Source: Candidatus Peribacteraceae bacterium | Lineage (GTDB): Bacteria > Patescibacteriota > Gracilibacteria > Peribacterales > Peribacteraceae | Assembly (NCBI GenBank): GCA_013140485.1 | Contig: JABFSS010000104.1 | Span: 1 to 41,984 of the forward strand | Length of the DNA stretch: 41,984 nucleotides | Direction: 5' to 3' | Part shown: positions 17,825 to 24,269 of the stretch, piece after piece | How positions within the stretch are numbered: position 1 is the first letter of the stretch | How the letters are laid out: each line of letters begins with the position of its first letter | Position numbers and translations under genes: made by a program | Notes under the pieces: generated by a model | Told to the model about the DNA's origin: nothing | The model's database searches: none | Seen by the model: the letters and a program-made list of their open reading frames with translations, nothing else

Positions 17825-18117
17825 ACAGGGATCCGAGCGAGTCGACGGACCGGCAGATCTACGACCGGAGAAACGATGTTGGGAGTAAGGTTTTCTGGTC
17901 CATCATGACCGGCATCCTGACGACTATTTTCCTCGGATCACTTGGGTTGGGGATCCGGAACTACGAGATCAACAATCGGCAGGACATCGAGCTGACCACG
18001 GTCCGGGAATATATGAAAACCCAGGCGCGGTTGAACGACAAGCTCGACGCCATCCTGGATGGCAGCAAGCGACTCCCTGGAGTTTTCTACCAGGACGACC
18101 AAAGAAGGATGCGATGA
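17821..18117 (+). CDS. Single-pass membrane protein with coiled C-terminus (i-spanin-like or holin-like)
   Basis: GTG 17821 overlaps the previous stop (GTGA). TM segment FWSIMTGILTTIFLGSLGLGI is followed by a charged helical tail. An alternative ATG lies at about 17905. Confidence 0.45.
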   Translation: MNRDPSESTDRQIYDRRNDVGSKVFWSIMTGILTTIFLGSLGLGIRNYEINNRQDIELTTVREYMKTQARLNDKLDAILDGSKRLPGVFYQDDQRRMR

Positions 18118-18210
18118 AAACACTCGCGGAGGCGGAGAGGGTAAGAAGCTGACAATCGTTGGAATGGCCCCTCGTGATATGGGCGCGAGGAACACACGAG
18201 GGAGGATAGC

Positions 18211-18831
18211 ATGAGAAAGCAGATCGGTTTCGTGGTGGTGTTGATGTTGGCGCTCGGCTTGCTGGCCGGCTGCGCGGGGGTTCGACAGAAGTGGACCGAT
18301 TACTGGTCTGGGAAGCATCAGGCGACCGAGCCGGAGAAGGCGCACATCAAGGCTGATGCCCAGTCGAAAGCGGACCTGGCCAGGAACATCCCGGTTGTGG
18401 GCCAGTACGCCGCTACGGCTCTGCTGGTCCTTCTTCCGATCTTCGGGTTCGCCAATCTTGGGCGCTCCCGCCGACTCGGGGAGTCCACCGCAGAGAAGCC
18501 CTACATGGGGCACTTGGGGGATTCGGTTCCGTGGTTGGAGAAATCAGTGCAGGTGCTTACGGACGTAAACCGAGGCGTGATGGAGATCGTGGGCGGGAAA
18601 GGGTCGCCGCTTCAACGCGGCTATAAGGTGTTCGTGGCGATCCTGGTGGCGGTGATCCCCGCGCTCATGGCCGAGCCGCGGTTTCTGGAATGGATCAAGC
18701 TGCACCCCGTTGCCGCGCTGATCTTCGGGGCCATCGCCCCGATCGTCGCCGGACTGAGCAAGAAACTGGACGAGGTCAAGCTGACGCCCGAAATGAAAGC
18801 CGCGTCCCTGCTTCCTCCAGCTGCTCCTTAA
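18211..18831 (+). CDS. Polytopic lipoprotein (206 aa)
   Basis: SD GAGGGAGG. Signal peptide with lipobox LLAGC, plus three further hydrophobic helices. Last gene before the terminator and attP. Confidence 0.7.
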   Translation: MRKQIGFVVVLMLALGLLAGCAGVRQKWTDYWSGKHQATEPEKAHIKADAQSKADLARNIPVVGQYAATALLVLLPIFGFANLGRSRRLGESTAEKPYMGHLGDSVPWLEKSVQVLTDVNRGVMEIVGGKGSPLQRGYKVFVAILVAVIPALMAEPRFLEWIKLHPVAALIFGAIAPIVAGLSKKLDEVKLTPEMKAASLLPPAAP

Positions 18832-18835
18832 CCCG

Positions 18836-18889
18836 GCCGTGCAGACGTCTGCACGGCTTACCATCAAGGCCGGCTCCTCTTAGCCGGCC
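18836..18889 (+). other. Two GC-rich hairpins downstream of the last late gene
   Basis: GCCGTGCAGACGTCTGCACGGC is a perfect 22-nt palindrome at 18836-18857. GGCCGGCT-cctctt-AGCCGGCC lies at 18868-18889. Neither has a T tract. Confidence 0.5.
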
Positions 18890-18914
18890 GCCGCGCTCCT
18901 ACTGCGCGGTACAG

Positions 18915-18954
18915 GGGCCCTCGGCTTGGCGGAAGCCGGGGGCCCGCTTTCTTT
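18915..18954 (+). terminator. Intrinsic terminator of the late operon
   Basis: 13-bp stem (18915-18927 pairs with 18933-18945, one G-U pair) with a 5-nt loop, followed by CTTTCTTT. Confidence 0.65.
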
Positions 18955-19029
18955 GAATTCATGATAAAATACTCGACTTTCAGGTTTGACTGGAAGGGGC
19001 GATTTGGACGCAATTGCCACCCGGCGTTC

Positions 19030-19053
19030 TGTGCCCTAAATTGTGCCCCAAAT
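19030..19053 (+). repeat. Arm-type integrase-binding candidates, two tandem copies (TGTGCCCTAAAT, TGTGCCCCAAAT)
   Basis: Direct 12-nt repeats about 105 bp upstream of the tRNA-like core. The same motif recurs at 19239-19263. Confidence 0.55.
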
Positions 19054-19155
19054 GAGGTTTGAGGCGTGGTGATAACTGGAACTGCTGGAATTACTAGAAT
19101 AGCTGGAAGTTGATTCTACGTCGGAAAATAGGGTTTTGAAGGAAGATCGTCGGAG

Positions 19156-19202
19156 CGGGGCGTGGCTCAGCTTGGCTAGAGCGCTTGCATGGGGTGCAAG
19201 GG
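19156..19202 (+). other. 5' fragment of tRNA-Pro(GGG), candidate attP core
   Basis: Reading 5' to 3': acceptor strand CGGGGCG, then U8 and G9. The D arm is GCTC-AGCTTGGCTA-GAGC, followed by G26. The anticodon arm is CTTGC-AUGGGGU-GCAAG, with U33, anticodon GGG and G37. No T arm or 3' acceptor strand follows. Confidence 0.6.
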
Positions 19203-19238
19203 CAACTTCACCATTCTATCGACTGAGAATCAAAAGAC

Positions 19239-19263
19239 TGTGCCCCAAAAATGTGTCCCAAGG
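19239..19263 (+). repeat. Arm-type integrase-binding candidates, two tandem copies (TGTGCCCCAAAAA, TGTGTCCCAAGG)
   Basis: Same orientation and core motif TGTGYCCYAA as 19030-19053. About 40 bp downstream of the tRNA-like core. Confidence 0.55.
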
Positions 19264-19370
19264 AATCCTTTGACACGCCAGTGGGCCCCCTGGTACCCTG
19301 CTTATGTGGGGCTCCTCCCAGCAACAAACTTCCTCGTATCGGGTATTCTTGAATAGGACGCCAAGAACGC

Positions 19371-19712
19371 TTGTTGCTGATCGACGTGGTTTGCAAGCGG
19401 CTCGGCGCGCGGGTTTTCCTGGAGAGCGGATGTTTCCGTTGCCATATCCAGCCGGAGCATCCGGAGGTGGGCAGCAAACTCCAGCTCGTCACGGAGATCG
19501 TGACGGACCCGCCGAAAAACCAGGGAGACGAGGGGGTGTACCAATATGAAGCCAATCCCGCCAAGGTATTCATCCAGAAACGCGTCTCGGACTTCCTGCC
19601 TTTCAACAGGGCCCTCCGCATCGGATTGCTCAAACAGTCGGATGGAACTTACGAGATCCGTTCTTTTTACCCGGCGAATGGTTGGCCGTCAAAGGGGGTG
19701 ATACCGCTATGA
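19371..19712 (+). CDS. Hypothetical protein, possible DUF4258-like toxin partner
   Basis: TTG start in the track, so the true start is uncertain. Its stop overlaps the next ATG (ATGA). Upstream partner of a DUF2283 gene. Family resemblance is weak. Confidence 0.45.
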   Translation: MLLIDVVCKRLGARVFLESGCFRCHIQPEHPEVGSKLQLVTEIVTDPPKNQGDEGVYQYEANPAKVFIQKRVSDFLPFNRALRIGLLKQSDGTYEIRSFYPANGWPSKGVIPL

Positions 19713-20008
19713 GCCCAGCGAAGGACATCCGGATTAACTGGGATCGGGAGAGCGACACGATGTACGTGCTTCACGCGGCCGCCAATCCCGATCGGACGAA
19801 GAACTTAACCTTGAGCGCGGAAGTGGTGGGGCGCTTCGATGAGAACCACCGCGTGGTTGGGTTCATCATCGAAGATTTTACGCGCCTGTTTCCTGAGATG
19901 AAGGAAGCTCAGGAATACCTCCTGATGGAGATGTTCGATGGCTTGCTGCAGGTGTTGAACAAGCCGTCCGCGATCAACTTCACCCAGCAGGTCGCCTCAG
20001 CGATCTGA
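19709..20008 (+). CDS. DUF2283-family small protein (antitoxin-like)
   Basis: ATG 19709 is preceded by AAAGGGGG. DIRINWDRESDTMYVLH...VVGFIIEDF matches the DUF2283 pattern. Confidence 0.65.
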   Translation: MSPAKDIRINWDRESDTMYVLHAAANPDRTKNLTLSAEVVGRFDENHRVVGFIIEDFTRLFPEMKEAQEYLLMEMFDGLLQVLNKPSAINFTQQVASAI

Positions 20009-20045
20009 AGGCGTCATCCCCGCAAGGTCTCGTGCCTTGCGGCCA

Positions 20046-20076
20046 CCGGGCCCCTGTGGGCCCGGTTTTTCTTTTT
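20046..20076. terminator. Bidirectional intrinsic terminator between convergent genes
   Basis: CCGGGCCC-ctgt-GGGCCCGG followed by TTTTTCTTTTT. A second hairpin, CCGCAAGG...CCTTGCGG, lies just upstream (about 20020-20042). Confidence 0.8.
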
Positions 20077-21109
20077 AGACCCGGTTGATCTCCTTGTCGT
20101 ACACTCCCGCCATATGGGCGTACTCCGCGGTCGTGCGGGGATCCTCGTGCCCGAGCCAGCGCTGCAGTTTCCAGAGGCTGCCGCCGGCCTGGAGGTAGAG
20201 TGTGGCGAAGGTATGCCGCAGCACGTGCCAGGCATCTCCACCGGTGTCGTGAAGCCCAATCTGCTTGTACAAGTGCTTGAGCGGCTCCTCTGATGGAATC
20301 ACCGGCCTTCCGTTGGGCCCCTTGAAGAAGAGCCCCTCCTTGGGGGCAATCTGACTAAGCAGCTTGCCCAGGCGTGGGTTCAGGGGCAGGGTGCGGGTCC
20401 GCAGCCACTTGGGGTTCCAGTTGAAGTGGGGTTTGGGCTGGATTTTGATGGTCCGGCCGGCGAAGTCCACGTCGGTCACCTCCAGGTGGGCGATCTCCCC
20501 ACGGCGCAGCCCGGCAAAGAATCCCAGCGCGATCCGAGGGAAGGTGGTTGGGTTTTGCTCCTGGGCGATCTTGAGAAGCTTTTCTCTCTGGTCTTCCCTC
20601 AGCCAAGTCCGCTCCCTCTTAGGCTCCCGGACGTTGGGGATCCCCTGGGTGAAGTTCTCGTGGATCTGGTTCTCAAACAGCAGCCACTTGGCCATGGTCC
20701 GCAGGACCTTCAGGAGCCGGTTTCGGTTGCTGGGGGTGTACTTTTTTTCTGCGGCCAGCTGATCAATGCAGGCCCGGATTTTAGGCGGATCCACCTCCAG
20801 GATTCGCAAGGCGCCGATCTTCGAGCTGATCAGCTGCAGACGGGCCTGGTCGGCCTTCCACGTGCTGGCCTTGTTCTTACGCTTGCAATATGCGATGTAA
20901 GTTTCGGCGGCGCCCTGGAAGGTAAGGCCAGAGTCCGGACCCAGGCGACCCAGGGCTAGTTTTTTATCGTGCTCGGCCTGTCTGTAGCGAGCGACTCGTT
21001 TATCGCGGGTCTTGAGGCTGAAACGGAGTTTTTGACCGGTCGACCTGTCATAGGCACGGTACCAGAGGATACCAGTTTTTGGGTTTCCCCGACGGTAAAG
21101 GCTGGACAT
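20075..21109 (-). CDS. int: Tyrosine integrase
   Basis: 344 aa. C-terminal catalytic region HVLRHTFATLYLQAGGSLWKLQRWLGHEDPRTTAEYAHM. SD AAGGA lies 7 nt upstream of the start. Confidence 0.93.
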   Translation of the reverse strand: MSSLYRRGNPKTGILWYRAYDRSTGQKLRFSLKTRDKRVARYRQAEHDKKLALGRLGPDSGLTFQGAAETYIAYCKRKNKASTWKADQARLQLISSKIGALRILEVDPPKIRACIDQLAAEKKYTPSNRNRLLKVLRTMAKWLLFENQIHENFTQGIPNVREPKRERTWLREDQREKLLKIAQEQNPTTFPRIALGFFAGLRRGEIAHLEVTDVDFAGRTIKIQPKPHFNWNPKWLRTRTLPLNPRLGKLLSQIAPKEGLFFKGPNGRPVIPSEEPLKHLYKQIGLHDTGGDAWHVLRHTFATLYLQAGGSLWKLQRWLGHEDPRTTAEYAHMAGVYDKEINRV

Positions 21110-21121
21110 TAGAAATCCTTA

Positions 21122-21379
21122 TCAACGTGGGGGTTCATCAGGCCAGTAGAGCTGCTGTTCATAGAGGTAATCTTCCCCGGGGAATCCTTTCAGCGGATGC
21201 AGGTATTTGGGATCCAGCCGGATCGCTACATTCGGTGTTTCGCTGCCATCTTGGAAAATCTTCCACTCCAGCACCACGTGCGGCTCGTCCTCGATATAAA
21301 CGAGGTCCGATACGTGATGGCCGTTTCGGCCGTGGTGCATCAACACGTGTCGGACCTTCTTCCCGGTCCGCCGGGTCAC
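21122..21379 (-). CDS. Hypothetical protein (85 aa, His-rich N-terminus)
   Basis: GTG start overlaps the upstream stop (GTGA). Located between the repressor operon genes and int. Confidence 0.55.
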   Translation of the reverse strand: MTRRTGKKVRHVLMHHGRNGHHVSDLVYIEDEPHVVLEWKIFQDGSETPNVAIRLDPKYLHPLKGFPGEDYLYEQQLYWPDEPPR

Positions 21380-21846
21380 TGCAGCTTGCGGGTCCGGATC
21401 AGCCGTTGAAACCAGTTGTGGGAGTAGAACGTCCGGCCGGTCCGATCGGAAACGAAAGCGACGTATTCATTTTGGCCGTAGCCGTGCTTCTTTTCCAAAT
21501 CCTCCATGTCCAGGAAGAAATCCCGGCCGGTGCCTTCCAGAATCGGTTCGCCAGATCCGCGCATGGCATCCGCTGCAATGAAGCCGCCGGCATCACTGCC
21601 CGGCTTCTTGCGGACCATCATGCCGGCATTACTGATGTAGACCGGCGACTTTCCGCGATTCGCGGCCGTGATGACGATGTAGGTCTTATCCCCATATTGG
21701 GTAGTCTTGGGATAAACCTTCATGTTCCGCTTCAACATCACTACGACTGGAGACCGGCCTTCGTAGAACTTGGCGCCCTCAAAGCCCGCCAGTGCGGTGG
21801 ACACCAGGGCGCCCCACATGGCCAGCACAGTTGTCGAGTCCATCAC
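21376..21846 (-). CDS. Hypothetical protein with N-terminal hydrophobic segment (156 aa)
   Basis: Start GTG 21846 or ATG 21843, coupled to the upstream stop. No family recognised. Confidence 0.6.
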   Translation of the reverse strand: MMDSTTVLAMWGALVSTALAGFEGAKFYEGRSPVVVMLKRNMKVYPKTTQYGDKTYIVITAANRGKSPVYISNAGMMVRKKPGSDAGGFIAADAMRGSGEPILEGTGRDFFLDMEDLEKKHGYGQNEYVAFVSDRTGRTFYSHNWFQRLIRTRKLQ

Positions 21847-22271
21847 TTTGCCTCCAGCAGGGTGCAGTCTTCCAGTTGGACGTTCAGCTGCTTTCCGGCC
21901 AAGCGCCCCTGGATCCGGACGAACTGGTCCGGCCGGAGATTCACCAGCTGTGGTTCAAGAACAGCAGGGAAGTAGCACTGGACCATCCACGCCGGATCCC
22001 GGGTGGCCAGAGTGACGTAAGGCCGGCCGAGCTCCTTGTCGATCCGCTTGATATGGCCAAAGACGATCAGCGGGGCCCGGGCATACCGCTTTTCAGCGGC
22101 GATTGCGTTGGTGTCGAATTCGGCGTAGAGATCCAGCGCCGAGATGGAAGCGACCGGGACCGCCACGGACGGCGGCGCGGCCGGCCGGGCCGGGGCTTTC
22201 TTGTCCGGCACGAACAGGCCGATTACCACCAGCAGCAGGAAACCCACCCCCAGGACCTTCAGGATCTTCAT
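21843..22271 (-). CDS. Membrane-anchored OB-fold protein (tRNA_anti-like family)
   Basis: ATGA overlap with the repressor stop. N-terminal TM segment. ALDLYAEFDTNAIAAEKRYARAPLIVFGHIKRIDKELGRPYVTL matches the tRNA_anti-like OB-fold pattern. Confidence 0.65.
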   Translation of the reverse strand: MKILKVLGVGFLLLVVIGLFVPDKKAPARPAAPPSVAVPVASISALDLYAEFDTNAIAAEKRYARAPLIVFGHIKRIDKELGRPYVTLATRDPAWMVQCYFPAVLEPQLVNLRPDQFVRIQGRLAGKQLNVQLEDCTLLEAK

Positions 22272-22963
22272 TTGAGGAACCCTTTCCAGAGGACGCCGCG
22301 CACCACGCCGCGCAGATGAATGTCGTGCTTTGAGGAGTATTCCTTCCTCTCATAGGTGGGATTGGCTGGCTCCAAGACGATCACCCGGCCGTGCTTGTAA
22401 AACTTTTTGATGCAGGTCTCGCCGTCGATCCGGATCACGACCACGTCGCCGTTGTTGGGCTGGGCGTCGGCATCCACGATCACCAAATCCCCGGGCTTGA
22501 TCCCCACGCCGATCATGGAGTCCCCTTTGACGCGCAGCAGATAGCTGTGGCGTCCACCGGTCATTTCTCGGGGCAGGGAAACCCAGCCCTCCACCGCATC
22601 CTCACTGGAGGTTTTTTCTCCGGCCGGCGCGGATCCCAGGATAGGGACCTTCACGAATCCCTTGGGGGAATGCGCTTCCGGGACATCGCCCCGGTATCCG
22701 GGGCCCGCGTCGCGGACCATTCCGACATCCGGCACGCCGCGGGCTTTCAGCACCATGTGGAGCAGTTCATTGGGTTTCAACTGCAAGGCCTTCTCGAACT
22801 TCACGGCCATTTCCGGGGAAGGAATCGAGCGGCCTTTCTCGATCTTCGTGATGTAGGAAGGGTCGCAGTCCACCATCCGGGCCAGCGCGTCGCCCTTCAG
22901 ATCCAACTGCTCCCGCGCGTCCCGGACCAGGTTCCCGATCGCTATTGACTGAGAGTTCATCAT
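22268..22963 (-). CDS. CI/LexA-like repressor (XRE HTH plus S24 peptidase)
   Basis: N-terminal HTH (LARMVDCDPSYITKIEKG) and C-terminal S24 motifs (GDSMIGVGIKPGDLVIVD ... K). Divergent from a Cro-like gene. Confidence 0.9.
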   Translation of the reverse strand: MMNSQSIAIGNLVRDAREQLDLKGDALARMVDCDPSYITKIEKGRSIPSPEMAVKFEKALQLKPNELLHMVLKARGVPDVGMVRDAGPGYRGDVPEAHSPKGFVKVPILGSAPAGEKTSSEDAVEGWVSLPREMTGGRHSYLLRVKGDSMIGVGIKPGDLVIVDADAQPNNGDVVVIRIDGETCIKKFYKHGRVIVLEPANPTYERKEYSSKHDIHLRGVVRGVLWKGFLK

Positions 22964-23006
22964 AGATTTATGCTACCCCCAACTGTGGAATTGCGTAAAA
23001 AAAGAT

Positions 23007-23023
23007 ATTGACGGCGGGTCAAT
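23007..23023. promoter_or_regulatory. Operator-like inverted repeat ATTGAC-N5-GTCAAT overlapping a rightward -35
   Basis: Lies in the 80-bp repressor/cro intergenic region. TTGACG (23008-13) plus CATACT (23032-37) form a plausible rightward promoter. TTTACG (22999-22994) and TAGCAT (22975-22970) on the minus strand form a plausible leftward one. Confidence 0.5.
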
Positions 23024-23043
23024 CAATAAGGCATACTTTAAGC

Positions 23044-23265
23044 ATGGACACCGCAGTGACGATTCGGAAGGGAGGGTTCAAGCCGGAACGGCTCTACCAG
23101 CTCCGGGTAGAGCGGGGCTACTCGCTGGAGAAGACGGGCTCTCTCTGCAAGCTCAGCACGTCGGAGATGGGGCAGCTGGAGAACGGAAAGAGGAATCCGG
23201 GCGTGAAAACGATCGCCAAGATGGCCAAGGGTTTCAAAGTGGAGAAGGGATATTTTTTTGCCTAA
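23044..23265 (+). CDS. Cro-like XRE-family HTH protein (73 aa)
   Basis: HTH ERGYSLEKTGSLCKLSTSEMGQLENGKRNP. ATG 23044 is preferred over the track TTG 23008 because the latter lies inside the operator/promoter. Confidence 0.75.
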   Translation: MDTAVTIRKGGFKPERLYQLRVERGYSLEKTGSLCKLSTSEMGQLENGKRNPGVKTIAKMAKGFKVEKGYFFA

Positions 23266-23268
23266 AAC

Positions 23269-23289
23269 ATTGATGGACAGTCCATCAAT
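23269..23289. promoter_or_regulatory. Perfect 21-bp palindrome ATTGATGGAC-A-GTCCATCAAT (second operator candidate)
   Basis: Read directly from the sequence. Shares ATTGA half-site ends with 23007-23023. Lies between cro and the next gene. Confidence 0.5.
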
Positions 23290-23305
23290 ATAGAGGGATC
23301 CGTAT

Positions 23306-23671
23306 ATGGGACGGAACAAGTTGGAAAGCACGAAGCGAGAAGAAAAGAAAGTTGACCTGCAGTCCGCCTGCCGGTCATTGGTCGACCAAACCGCCCAACT
23401 GGAAGGGCTGTGCGGGGCCTCTCTCTCCGGGGATTACGCTGACGACGCGCCGCGCACCAAAGCTCTTGCCGGCCTCCACGAGCTGCGCCGCGACTTCTAC
23501 GGAAAGATGAACCCCCAGCAGGACGCGCAGATCGCCTACATCATCACCCTCTTGAACCAGCAGGAAACCCAGGACCACGACAACGACGATCCCAAGCAGA
23601 AGGAGCGCCAGTTGGCCGCGGCCATTCGGAAGAAGGCGAACGAAATCTCCGAAGTAGCGAGGAAATTGTGA
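23306..23671 (+). CDS. Hypothetical helical protein (121 aa)
   Basis: SD AGAGGGA. No family recognised. Confidence 0.6.
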   Translation: MGRNKLESTKREEKKVDLQSACRSLVDQTAQLEGLCGASLSGDYADDAPRTKALAGLHELRRDFYGKMNPQQDAQIAYIITLLNQQETQDHDNDDPKQKERQLAAAIRKKANEISEVARKL

Positions 23672-23862
23672 TGGAAGCAGCGTTGTTTCTTACACCCCAG
23701 CAGGTTTCAAAGCATCTCTCCCTGGCTCTCTCGACCACCTACTTTTATTGCGAGACCGGACAACTGCCGGCCGTTCGGGTCGGCAAGCATTGGCGCGTTC
23801 CATCCGACAAGCTGCAGCGCTGGCTGGAGAAACGAATGAACGGAAAGAAGGAGGGCAGATGA
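23668..23862 (+). CDS. Excisionase-family HTH protein (MerR-like HTH_17), Xis candidate
   Basis: LTPQQVSKHLSLALSTTYFYCETGQLPAVRVGKHWRV pattern. ATGA coupling on both sides. Confidence 0.6.
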   Translation: MMEAALFLTPQQVSKHLSLALSTTYFYCETGQLPAVRVGKHWRVPSDKLQRWLEKRMNGKKEGR

Positions 23863-24155
23863 ACGCGACAGCGCAGGTGATTCCGTTGACCAAGGCGGAG
23901 CTGGACCACATGGACCACCGGCCCCGGCTTCCGCTGGATTGCGACGTTTGCGTGAACCGCCGGGCGATGGAGCTGGGTTTGAAGCCCAGCACTCTCCGGT
24001 GGCTGTGGGATTCGCGGCACAACCATGGCCGCGTCGAAGGAGCGAAGGAGCGCGAGGTCCGCATCCTGCCGAGGGATCCCCGGGCCGCGGCCGCCGCATG
24101 GTTCCTGCTGGGGACCGGGTTTGGAGCGGTGATCACGTTTTTGGTGGGGAAGTGA
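23859..24155 (+). CDS. Hypothetical tail-anchored membrane protein (98 aa)
   Basis: ATG 23859 is preceded by GGAGGG. C-terminal TM segment AAAWFLLGTGFGAVITFLVG. Confidence 0.55.
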   Translation: MNATAQVIPLTKAELDHMDHRPRLPLDCDVCVNRRAMELGLKPSTLRWLWDSRHNHGRVEGAKEREVRILPRDPRAAAAAWFLLGTGFGAVITFLVGK

Positions 24156-24269
24156 AACGGCCTATCGGTGCTGGAACACCAATAGGCCGCAAGCAGAACG
24201 CTAACCGACCTGGGAATGTCGGTATCGAAATGATACCGCCGGCCCCGGGTGAAGTCAATGGGGGGAACC

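Noticed and set aside
19156-19202. Possibility that this is a complete, functional phage-encoded tRNA.
   Set aside because: Only the acceptor 5' strand, D arm and anticodon arm are present. The downstream sequence has no GTTCRANYC T-loop and no complementary 3' acceptor strand, so I treat it as an att-site fragment.
19208-19633. 141-aa minus-strand ORF in the attP / cassette region.
   Set aside because: It overlaps the arm-type repeats and the + strand ORF that is ATGA-coupled to the DUF2283 gene. It has no SD and its sequence looks low-complexity.
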